Shown here one piece after another: positions 1 through 10,031 of a DNA stretch of 64,000 nt. The first letter of the stretch is position 1. The number at the start of each line of letters is the position of its first letter. This DNA is from Phaeosaccion multiseriatum (lineage: Eukaryota; Protista; Ochrophyta, other classes), in NCBI GenBank assembly GCA_965112735.1, contig OZ218954.1, positions 4,216,001 to 4,280,000 of the forward strand, read 5' to 3'. The position numbers were made by a program, and so were the translations under genes. The notes below the pieces were generated by a model. It ran no database searches. It had not been told where the DNA came from and was given only the letters and a program-made list of their open reading frames with translations.

Positions 1-2
1 GA

Positions 3-798
3 GGGAGATCTGCAGCTGTCTCCTTCAGTCGCGAGCTCCAACAGGAGAGTGGCAACGGCACCGCACGGGGTCTTCGAGAGGTGAGCTCATCCACCCTCCT
101 CGGTGGCTCGAGTGTGACGAGTGTGGCAAGCTCCTTTCGATCAGCTTACTCGGGCGGAGGGAGGAGACTCGGCAAGAAACTACGAGCGGTGAGTGGTGAG
201 GGAGGGAGGGAGGAAGGGAGGGAGGGAGGATGGCAGTGGATGGAGAAAGTCGGGGCCTTGACACATGCAGTGCAGGGATGAGAGAGGGGAAGGTCCACAG
301 AGAGAAAGACAGACAGAGAGAGAGAGAGAGAGAAACAGGGGAGCCCCGTTGTCCACTTGTTGCCATCACGCCCCCCCTCCTGATCGAATTTGAATCATCC
401 ATTCACCCCACACCCCCCCCACACACACACACTCTCTCTCACACACTCTGCCGTCCACTGCCATCCCTCTATCACAGACCCATTGCACCACTCGTAAGCA
501 TCATATCTATATGCACACGACCATCCACGGCCTCACCCCAGGGATGAACTACCGTTTCAGAATCTCCGCCACAAATTCCGTGGGCACAGGCCCGGTTTCC
601 AAGCCTACATTTAGCGTGGTGACCCCTGCTGTGCCGCCGCAGATGCCCCTTCCCCCCACAGTGGTGCCCATTTCGACCTCTTGTTTGGAGGTGAGGAGAA
701 GGAGGGTGGATGGCAGTGGATGGTACTGTGTGTGTTTGAGTGTGGATGTGTACTTGTGTGAGAGAGAGTGTTTGTGTGTGCGAGCGTGTTTGTGTGTG

Positions 799-837
<39 letters not shown>

Positions 838-3442
838 GTGGGCGTCCGTGCGCGTGTCCATTCTGCCTTGATCTTACGTCTGTCCGGCGCCCCGTTCCTC
901 CCTCTCCTCTCCTCTCTCCCCTTAGGTGCGGTGGGAGCCCCCTTCGGATGGTGGCACTGCTCTCGTGGCGTTTGTCCTAAAGCGGTCTGATTCGCCTCAC
1001 GAGGTGAAGTGTGGAAGGGCGCAGCACCGTGAGCGTTTCACAGAGCTTGTCAGGGGACACGCCTACGCGTTCAAGGTCAGTCCGTGGGAGTGGAGAGGAG
1101 AAGGGTGGGGGCAAGGAGGGCGGAGAAGGGAGGGGAGGAGAGATGAGGATGCATGTCCGCTCCTCTCCTCCTGCCCTCCCTCCTTCCCTCCCTTCCGACC
1201 CCCTGCAACCCCACCCTACACCCCTCACACCCCTCACCGCCCCACCATCTACACCTCTTTCACTCCCTCCCCTTCCTTCCCGCAGATGCGAGCCGTGAAC
1301 AGCGTCGGCGAGAGCGAGTGGTCTGCGTACTCCGACCCCGTGCGTACACTGACCGAGAAACCTGCCCCTCCCCTCAAGCCTGTGCCTGTGCCAGTTCCTT
1401 CGGCGGCGTCGCCAATTGAGATGGAGGTGGATGTAGAGAGCACTCAGGACGGGGGAGACCCCATCCTCTACCTCCGACTAGAGGTATGTATGAATGGCAT
1501 TGGATGGATGGACGGACGGACGGACGGACGGACGGATGGATGGATGGACGGATGGGTGGATGGGTGGATGGATGGATGGATGGTTGAATGGATGGCAGTG
1601 GATCGCAAAGGATCTAAGTCACCAACTATGTCACCACCCATTACCCATCCATTGACTACCCATCAACCACCCTATCACCTCCCATTCACCACCCAATAAC
1701 GCCCCTCTTAACGACCCGTCATAACCCCCATTATATTAAAAAATGCGAGAGCACAATAATCACCACCCCCCTCCCCATTTAACCATCCATTCACCGCCCA
1801 CTAACAAACCGTTAACCATCCACATTAACACTCCGTTAACCCCCCAACATGAACACGCCAATTACCCATTAACAGGTGCGAGAGCACAGTGAGCGCCGCC
1901 CCCCCGAGTGGTTCCGCTCCATGAAGCTTCACATGACCAAAGCAGAGGTGGATGGACAAATGCGCCAATCGCAAGGGCTACGCGGGCTGGGGGCAGACGC
2001 AGGGGCAGGACCAGGAGCAGCACCAGGAGCAGCACCAGGAGCAACAGGGTCGGGCGCTTTGCTGCTTAGGTCAGGGGCAGGGGCAGGGGCAGGGGCAGAG
2101 TCAGGGCCAGGCTCAGGAGCATTGCCAGGGCTTGGGCCAGGGTCAGGGTCAGGGTCAGGGTCAGGGTCAGGGTCAGGGTCAGGGTCAGGGTCAGGGTCAG
2201 TGTCGGTGGTAGGGCCAGCCGCAAGGTCAATCTTTTGCAGGCAAAGCACAGGCCTCATGGGCAGGGCGCCAACGACGACAGCGCTAGAGCACCAACTTGC
2301 GCACTCCGTCGTGCGCCGCTTTGTGGTGGATGCGCTCAGGCCAGGCACCTACTACTCCTTCAAGGCAAGTTGGATGGAGGCATATGGGCTGGGACCCAGG
2401 TGGACGGAGGCGTGTGGTCTGGTATAGAGCTGGATGGGGGCGAATGGGCTGGTATCGAGTGGTTTGGAGGTATATGGGCTGGTGTGGAGCTGGTTGGAGG
2501 TGTATAGGCTTGCTCAGCTCTCGGTTCCGTGGGGGACGAAATCCTCTGCTCTCTTCTGCTCTCTTCTCTCTTTTCCTCCTCTCCTCCTCTCCCCTCCTCT
2601 CCCGTCGTCTCCTGTCCTCTCCTCTGCCCGTATGCCCGCCTATATGCCTCACCCTCTTATACCACCGCCCTCCCCTCCCCTCCCCTCCTCTCCCCTCTCC
2701 TCCCCTCTCCTCCCCTCCCCTCCCCTCCCCTCCCCTCCTCTCCCCTCTCCTCCCCTCTCCTCTCCTCCCCTCCCCTCCCCTCCCCTCCTCTCCTCTCCTC
2801 TCCTCTCCTCTCCTCTCCTCTCCTCTCCCCTCCCCTCCCCTCCCCTCTCCTCCCCTCCCCCCCCCTCCCCCCCCCTTCTCCTCGCCTCTGCGCGCAGGTC
2901 TGTGCGGTGAATGTCAATGGAGAGGGAGACTTCTCCCCGCCCTGCCGCAGGTACGCACCCACCCACACAGTCTCAGCATTTTCTTTGCTTCAGTTTCAGT
3001 TCAAGTTTCAGACAGACACACACACAAGTTTTAGATTCGCTGCCCTCCCCATAGGACCGGCGTCATCTCCGTCGCTTCCCATCTCTGTCACTCTCTGTCT
3101 CCCTCTCTCTTTCTGTCTCTCTCCCTCTCTCCCTCTCTCCCTTCTCCCCCCCTCTTTGTTCCTCTCACCCTCCCGAGCCCCCGCCCTCCGTCCCCCTGTC
3201 CCTGTACCCTTTGACCTCTACCCTGCTGCTTCTGTCTCACCACCTGCTATACCCTGTTGGTCTGTTTCGCACTCTGCTGTCTGTATCACCAACTGCTGTA
3301 CCCTGCTGGTCGGTATCTCAGAGTGCGTACCCTGAGTCCTCTCGTGCCCTCAAAGCCGTCGGATCCGCCCGTCATCGGAGCGAAGGTGAGAGACCTTTTA
3401 CGCCCCTGTACGCCCCCGGGAGGCGTTTCAGTGCTCTCTCTG

Positions 3443-3482
<40 letters not shown>

Positions 3483-4534
3483 CGTTGCTTGTGTACTTGC
3501 TCGTCCCCCCAACTACTTGATCCTTGCTCGACCCTTGTCATTTGTTTGGCACTTGATTCGTGCTGTCACACGTGCTTGACGCTTGCTTGACGCTTGCTTG
3601 ACGCTTGCTTGACGCTTGCTTGACGCATACTTGCTCCTTACCCAACAACTTCTTGACACTCGATCGACACTCGGCACTTGGACTCCTGCTTTGTCAATCA
3701 CTCACTCTTGGTTGACGGGTACTTGCTCGCCTTGCTCAACTACCTTTGGACATTCGATACTTCTGCTTCATCCTTGACACTTGACAGACCACGGACAGTT
3801 GTGCTGCCGCCTGGACGGACATTCACGGGAACGGCGCCGACATCGACGGGTATGTACTGGAGTACGGTTACATACCAAGCGAGGAAGAGAGGAGAGAGGA
3901 GGAGGAAGCAAATGCGAGGAGGGAGCGGGAGAAGCTGGAGGAGAGGGGTGTGCGAGAGAGGAAGGAGCAGAGTCAGAAGCAGAGCAAGGGGAAGGAGGAG
4001 AAGGATCGTGATGGCAGCACTTTTTGCGATAAGAAGGACGCCGGAGAGAAGAAAACGAAGGCGGGGGTGGAGCAGGAGGAGGAAACAGAGGAGAAGCAAG
4101 AAGGAAGAGAAGAGAAGGGGGATGGAAACCATGAGGTCGAGGTCGGGGAGGGAATGATGGCTCCGGCTGCGGGCGACAGTGCGAGCAGTGGCGCCCTGCG
4201 GCAAGGAGCCCTCGCTCCTCCTCCTACTCAGCAAAGGCAAGAACAAGGAGACGAAGAAGCAAAAGAGGAGGAAGAAGAGGAGGAAGAAGAAGAAGAAGAA
4301 GAAGAAGAAACAGAAGGAGGCGACGAAGGATCAGAAGGAGAGCTGGTGGTGTGGCGAGTGGAGAGCTGTAGCGTGAGCTACTCCACGCAAACGGCACGGC
4401 TTGAGCATCTCTCCGTGGGCAAGCGTTACGTGGTGCGGGTGGCCGGGGTGAACATTGTGGGGCAGGGACCGTTCAGCGACTGGTCCGAACCGCTGCAGCT
4501 GCTCTCACCCGAGGGGCAGCAGGGGAAGCACTAG
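3..4534 (+). CDS. Fibronectin type III repeat protein, 3' part (5' end outside window). Predicted exons 3-188, 478-690, 926-1075, 1286-1483, 1876-2364, 2898-2950, 3322-3385, 3788-4534
   Basis: Four FN3 signatures: [25 protein letters not shown]...[72 protein letters not shown]. Exon phases join in frame using GT/AG sites plus one GC donor (2365). Stop TAG ends at 4534. Confidence 0.85.
2370..2510 (+). repeat. Degenerate 30-bp minisatellite (TGGATGGAGGYATATGGGCTGG...) at the 5' end of an intron
   Basis: About 4.5 tandem units directly after the GC donor. Confidence 0.75.
2665..2880 (+). repeat. (CCCCT/CCTCT)n polypyrimidine microsatellite
   Basis: Direct reading; lies just before the acceptor at 2897. 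Confidence 0.9.
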
Positions 4535-4942
4535 GCCCTTCGAGGGAATGTCTCTTTGTTATCCGAATACGGAGGCAGTAGGAGTGCACATTGAACATAT
4601 CGTAGTTCTGTAGTGAGAGAAGGAGAGTAGAGAAAGCTGGTACAGTTTCAGTTCATTCGCCCGCGAAGAGGGTGGACGCATTAAATCAGCAACTACTGTA
4701 CAAGCAGGGGCGTTGGTTGTTCATCAAGCCTCAGGTCTGTTGAGGTCGGCGCGCCGATACGGATAGTAGAAGCGTAAAAGTGCATGTAGAGTCACATGGG
4801 CAAAAGACACTTCAAGCCTTGGCCTCTACTCCATGACCATGCGCGAGTTGGGCCTGGCACAGCATCGAAGCAGCGCGCTCTCTTCCGTTCTCTCTCTTGC
4901 TCCTCCCCCGCCCGCCCTCTCTCTCGCGCGCCATCTCTCTGT

Positions 4943-6982
4943 TTACATGCATACATATGTGTCTCTCCTTCCCTCCCTCGGTGGCTCATCATTCTCCTCT
5001 TCCTCCTCCAGCTCGAAGCCGTACAGATCCATGAGCGCCTTCACCTCCCTCGACATGGCCTCGATGCAGAAGAAGTCCGCTGCCTGCAGAGCCTGCTCCG
5101 CTCTCAACTCGTCAAACAGCTTCACGCGCTCCCTCTTCCTCTTTCCTGATGCCTCACTACTACTCCCACCTCCTCTTCCGTCACCGCTACCACCGACCGT
5201 CTCAGAGCTGCTGCTACTGCTCAGCTGCCCATGGCGCCCTCGGGTAAGCAGGCTCTTGACGCTACCCGTCGTGACGAACTGCACCACAGCCGCAAAGCCC
5301 TCCTCGGTAAAGTCCACTCCGTCCAACGTCACCTCCACCTCGTCTTTGGCCTTTCCCTTGATGCCCATGAAGCCCCGCCCCGCCGGGTCCAGCATGGTAG
5401 GGAGACTGCCTGCAGCCGTGTCATGCCTGTCCGAGCCATCAGAGCTCCCTCCCTCCCCTTCAGTCTTGTTCATCAGCAGCTCCATCAGGGGTATGCTCAG
5501 TGTGTACTGCGTGTCCTTGCTCTTCCCCGTCGTCCTGTCTACCAAGCGCACTCTCACCACACGGCCCTCCTTGGCGGCCTCAGAGTATGCAGAGCCGGAA
5601 GAGATGTGTCCAGCTATGGTATTGCAGACACGATCAGCAGATTCGTGTGCCTCTCTTTCCTGTCTGACATACGCCCCGACAACGTCCCCACAATCGCTCT
5701 CTCCAACCAAGGCCATGACTGGCTTGCTGACGGCAGCGCCCATCTCCAGCAGGAGTGCCGCCACCTTCTTCCTCCCTCGCAAGGACCCACATACATCAAA
5801 GTTTATTATGTCCTCCTCTGCAGGAGACATGCACACCATCAAGGGGCTTTTCCCACCGTCAGTGAGAGCATCGACCTCAGCTCCAGCCTCCAACAGGAGG
5901 TACACAAGCCTCATGCTGCCCCGTGCCGCTGCTATGTGAAGGGGTGTAGTGTTGCCGTCTCGCTTGGCGTTCACGTTTGCTCCTGCGTCTATTAGCTCGG
6001 CAGCAGCGTCCATTCTCCCGTACTTCAGAGCCAAGTGGAGCGGCGTGTCGTTCTCGGAATCAACAGCGTCGAGGGAGGCACCGAGGTGGATGAGCGCCTT
6101 CACACAGGTGGACTTGCCCCAGTAGGCAGCGGAGTGCAGAGGAGTGTCCTGATAAGAGTTCTTCGTGTCCACCTCCAGCCCTCGACGGACGATCTCGTCG
6201 ATGAGTTCACTGTGACCTCCCTCAGCAGCGAAGTGCAAAAGAGATCCCCCGTCCTCATCCTTCACGTTCAAATTAGCTCCTGCCTCTAGCAGCAAGGACA
6301 GGGCCTCCAATCTCTCGGCGCCCTTGCCCTGCCCCTCACAGCAGATCTGGGCTGGTGTTCTTGCGTGGCCATCTTCATTCAGCTCGTTCACCTCGGCCCC
6401 GGCCCTGAGTAGCACCCGCACGGACTCGAGACAAAATGATGATATGGCCCAGTGCAGGGCTTCGGTGTCCTCCAACCTGGCCTCATGCTTCAAGAGATAC
6501 GACACGATCTTGGGGTGACTTTCGCTCAAGTAGCTGCCCGCAGCGGCAGCCAAGGGAACACAGCCAGACCGATCACGTTTGTTCACATCTGCACCCTCCT
6601 CCACAAGCGCCTGAACCAAAGCGAAGCGGCCCTTTCGTGCAGCCAGGACCAGCGGAGTTGTTCCATCCCCTTCATCCTCATCATCATCATCTTCTCCTCC
6701 TCGACTCGCATCAATGTCGAGCCCGCAGTCCTTCAGCAGCTTCACGCTTCCCCGCATCTGCACTTTATTATGCTCCATGGCGATGTTGTCCATCTCAGCA
6801 AGAGCGTGGATAGGCGTGTGGCCCTTCCTCTTCAGCGAGTCAAAGTCGATCGTTGAGAGCACGGCTGCCAGCAAAAAAGAAAGCTCCTCCACCCCCTTGT
6901 TTCCCCCAATCTCAATCTCATTGCTGCTGCTCCCATCACGCCACTCGTGAATCCGCTGCAGTGCTTCCTCCATAGTCACCAT
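4943..6982 (-). CDS. Intronless ankyrin-repeat protein with C-terminal BTB/POZ-like domain (paralog A)
   Basis: Single ORF with about 8-9 ankyrin repeats (TPLHxAA...G...LL..GA.VN). The tail VTLDGVDFTEEGFAAVVQFVTTG...AEQALQAADFFCIEAM matches the BTB pattern 'F..vl.flYtG...ll.aAdff.i..L'. First ATG at 6982, alternative at 6973. Confidence 0.85.
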   Translation of the reverse strand: MVTMEEALQRIHEWRDGSSSNEIEIGGNKGVEELSFLLAAVLSTIDFDSLKRKGHTPIHALAEMDNIAMEHNKVQMRGSVKLLKDCGLDIDASRGGEDDDDEDEGDGTTPLVLAARKGRFALVQALVEEGADVNKRDRSGCVPLAAAAGSYLSESHPKIVSYLLKHEARLEDTEALHWAISSFCLESVRVLLRAGAEVNELNEDGHARTPAQICCEGQGKGAERLEALSLLLEAGANLNVKDEDGGSLLHFAAEGGHSELIDEIVRRGLEVDTKNSYQDTPLHSAAYWGKSTCVKALIHLGASLDAVDSENDTPLHLALKYGRMDAAAELIDAGANVNAKRDGNTTPLHIAAARGSMRLVYLLLEAGAEVDALTDGGKSPLMVCMSPAEEDIINFDVCGSLRGRKKVAALLLEMGAAVSKPVMALVGESDCGDVVGAYVRQEREAHESADRVCNTIAGHISSGSAYSEAAKEGRVVRVRLVDRTTGKSKDTQYTLSIPLMELLMNKTEGEGGSSDGSDRHDTAAGSLPTMLDPAGRGFMGIKGKAKDEVEVTLDGVDFTEEGFAAVVQFVTTGSVKSLLTRGRHGQLSSSSSSETVGGSGDGRGGGSSSEASGKRKRERVKLFDELRAEQALQAADFFCIEAMSREVKALMDLYGFELEEEEENDEPPREGRRDTYVCM

Positions 6983-7290
6983 TACCAAAGTATAAAGAGC
7001 TGAAGATGGTTCACTACAAGGGGGGAAATGAAAAGGGAAGAAGGAGGGGAGGAGGAGGATGACATGCTACAGTTTCAGTTTCAGTTTCAGTTGATTAGCG
7101 ATGGATGACATTGTAGCCCGTAGACCCGCGCTTGCTGCATGGATAGAACCCTCTAGTCGCCCCCGGGGAGCTGGAGGGAATTCTATAAAGTCTATAAACG
7201 CCCACCCACCGTCGAGCCACCGTGGCACCTTGACGAGGAAGAGGAGAGAGTAAAGTCTTCAGCAAAGCCTTAGCGGGCTTTATGAGCGTA

Positions 7291-7296
7291 TTTATT
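7291..7296 (-). terminator. Candidate polyadenylation signal AATAAA for paralog B
   Basis: AATAAA on the minus strand about 30 nt after the paralog B stop codon. Confidence 0.35.
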
Positions 7297-7327
7297 GAAC
7301 GCGGGAGGGGGGTCACCGACAGCTCCT

Positions 7328-9400
7328 CTACAGGCCCTCTCTGCTTCGCTTCCTCTTCCTCGGCGGCTCATCCTTCTCCTCCGTCTCCTTGGCTAGCTCG
7401 AAGCCGTACAGCGTCATGAGCGCCTTCACCTCCCTCGACATGGCCTCGATGCAGAAGAAGCCCGCTGCCTGCAGAGCCTGCTCCGCTCTCAACTCGTCAA
7501 ACAGCTTCACGCGCTCCCTCTTCCTCTTTCCTGATGCCTCACTACTACTCCCACCGTCTCTTCCGTCACCGCTACCACCGACCGTCTCAGAGCTGCTGCT
7601 ACTGCTCAGCTGCCCATGGCGCCCTCGGGTAAGCAGGCTCTTGACGCTACCCGTCGTGACGAACTGCACCACAGCTGCAAAGCCCTCCTCGGTAAAGTCC
7701 ACTCCGTCAAACGTCACCTCCACCTCGTCCTTGGCCTTGCCCTTGATGCCCATGAAGCCACGCCCCGCCGGGTCCAGCATGGTCGGGAGACTGCCTGCAG
7801 CCGTGTCATGCCTGTCCGAGCCGTCAGAGCTCCCTCTCTCTCCCTCAGTCTTGTTCATCAGCAGCTCCATCAGCGGTATGCTCAGTGTGTACTGCGTGTC
7901 CTTGCTCTTCCCCGTCGTCCTGTCTACCAAGCGCACTCGCACCACACGGCCCTCCTTGGCGGCCTCAGTATAGGCAGAGCCGGAAGAGATGTGCCCAGCT
8001 ATGGTGTTGCAAACGCGATTAGAAGCAGTTTGTGCGTCTCTCGCGGTACTGACGAAAGCTTCAATGACGTCCCCACAATCGCTCTCTCCTGCCAGGGCCA
8101 TGACTGGCTTGGTGACGGCAGCGCCCATCTCCAGCAGGAGTGCCGCCACCTTCTTCCTATCTTCCTTTGCGCCTGTCCAATCTGACCACGCAAACAGGGC
8201 TGACACGTTGTGGCCCTTTGCAGGAGACATGCACTCCATCAAGGGGCTGAAGTCCTTGGTGGTCAGTGCGTCGACCTCAGCCCCAGCCTCCAACAGGAGG
8301 TACGCAAGCTTCATGCTGCCCCGTGCCGCTGCCAGATGAAGGGGTGCAAGGTTACCGTCTCGCTTGGCGTTCACGTTTGCTCCTGCGTCGATCAGCTCGG
8401 CCGCAATGTCCATTCTCTCGAACTTCAGAGCCAAGTGGAGCGGCGTGTTCTTCTCGGAATCAACAGCCTCGAGGGAGGCACCGAGGCGGATGAGCGCCTT
8501 CATGCAGGTGGACTTGTCGTTCACAGCAGCGAGGTGAAGAGGAGTGTACTGAGCAGAATTGCTCTTCGTGTCCAACTCCAGCCCTCGACGGACGAGCTCG
8601 TCGATGAGTTCACAGTAACCGGCAGCAGCGGCATGGTGCAAGAGAGACCACCCGAGTTCCTTCACGTTCAAATTAGCCCCTGCCTCTAGCAGCAAGGACA
8701 GGACCTCCAATCTCTCGCTGGTGCTGCCTTTGCCCCCCAAACGACAACAGATCTGGGCTGGTGTCGATCCATGTCCTCCATCCTCTAGCTCATCCACTCG
8801 CTCATCCACCTCGGCCCCGGCCTGGAGTAGCACCCGCACGGACTCGGGACAAAAGGATGATACGGCTCCGTGCAGGGCTTCGGTGTCCTCCAACCTGGCC
8901 TCATGCTTCAAGAGATACGACAAGATCTTGGGGTGACTTTCGCTCCAGGAGCTGCCCGCAGCGGCAGACAAGGGAACAAAGCCATATCCATCATTTTTGT
9001 TTACATCTGCACCCTCCTCCACGAGCCCTTCAACCAAAGCAAAGTGGCCCTTTAGTGCAGCCAGGATCAGCGGAGTTATTCCACCCCCTTCACCCTCATC
9101 ATCATCATCTTCTCCTCCTCGTCTCGCATCAATGTCCAGCCCACACTCCTTCAGCAACTTCACGCTTCCCCGCATCTGCAACCCCTTCTCCTCCATGGTG
9201 ATCTTGTCCATCTCAGCAAGAGCGTGGAGAGGCGTTTGGCCCTTCCTCTTCAGCGAGTCAAAGTCGATCGTTGAGAGCACGGCTGCAAGGACAAGCGAAA
9301 GCTCGTCCACACCAACGCCCTTGTTTCCCCCAATCTCATTGCTGCTGCTCCCATCACGCCACTCGTGAATCCGCTGCAGCGCTTCCTCCGTAGTCACCAT
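7328..9400 (-). CDS. Intronless ankyrin-repeat protein with C-terminal BTB/POZ-like domain (paralog B, tandem with A)
   Basis: Single ORF colinear with paralog A. ATG at 9400 aligns with the start of A. Ends in a basic NLS-like motif PPRKRKRSR. Confidence 0.85.
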   Translation of the reverse strand: MVTTEEALQRIHEWRDGSSSNEIGGNKGVGVDELSLVLAAVLSTIDFDSLKRKGQTPLHALAEMDKITMEEKGLQMRGSVKLLKECGLDIDARRGGEDDDDEGEGGGITPLILAALKGHFALVEGLVEEGADVNKNDGYGFVPLSAAAGSSWSESHPKILSYLLKHEARLEDTEALHGAVSSFCPESVRVLLQAGAEVDERVDELEDGGHGSTPAQICCRLGGKGSTSERLEVLSLLLEAGANLNVKELGWSLLHHAAAAGYCELIDELVRRGLELDTKSNSAQYTPLHLAAVNDKSTCMKALIRLGASLEAVDSEKNTPLHLALKFERMDIAAELIDAGANVNAKRDGNLAPLHLAAARGSMKLAYLLLEAGAEVDALTTKDFSPLMECMSPAKGHNVSALFAWSDWTGAKEDRKKVAALLLEMGAAVTKPVMALAGESDCGDVIEAFVSTARDAQTASNRVCNTIAGHISSGSAYTEAAKEGRVVRVRLVDRTTGKSKDTQYTLSIPLMELLMNKTEGERGSSDGSDRHDTAAGSLPTMLDPAGRGFMGIKGKAKDEVEVTFDGVDFTEEGFAAVVQFVTTGSVKSLLTRGRHGQLSSSSSSETVGGSGDGRDGGSSSEASGKRKRERVKLFDELRAEQALQAAGFFCIEAMSREVKALMTLYGFELAKETEEKDEPPRKRKRSREGL

Positions 9401-10031
9401 TATGACACGTGTACACAAGCTGGTTGTTTTCTTTTCTTCTCTCGCTATCGCTGACCACTTGAATTTGAAATTCACACCTAGCCCCGTTGGGCATTTCCCT
9501 TTTTCACTCCACCCCAGCAACAGGTTCTGTTAGAATCACGCACGAGACAGCAAAGACATTGGAGAAGGATCATAAGGCCAGAAAGCCTGCAAGGGAGAGC
9601 GAGGTACGTAAGAGAGCGGAGGAGAGTTGCGTTTGGTTTGCCGTAGATGCAAAGGGGAAAAGGGGATGCCGCCCCCGCATTGAAGAGCTTCCAAACGAAG
9701 AGCTTTGGGAAGAGGAGGGGAGAGGGAAGGTGCAAGCACACTGTGCATGAGGAGGATACGGTAGAGTGGCCCATGTTGCTCGTTTTCCCCGGATCGTGCT
9801 CTCTCTCTTATTTCCCAGTCCTTTTTGTTTGGAGCTCTGACCTCCCCGTTCCACTTGCTCTGAGCTCCCTCCCTGCCCGGACCCCCCCACCCCCCACACG
9901 CACACAATCTTAGCACAAACACGCCTTGAACCTCTCTTCTTCTTATCTCAATCCCCTCCCTGTCTTTCCACCTACACTTGTTCTCTCATCAGGCACACGT
10001 GGGCCAACGCTTCTCTGCCTCTCTTGCGAGG

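Noticed and set aside
4833-5995. Long plus-strand ORFs antisense to ankyrin-BTB paralog A (and equivalents at B and C)
   Set aside because: Shadow ORFs of GC-rich coding sequence with no recognisable domain.
7070-7093. Resemblance of AGTTTCAGTTTC to the vertebrate interferon-stimulated response element
   Set aside because: IRF factors are animal-specific, so the match is treated as coincidence; the repeat is kept only as an anonymous motif.
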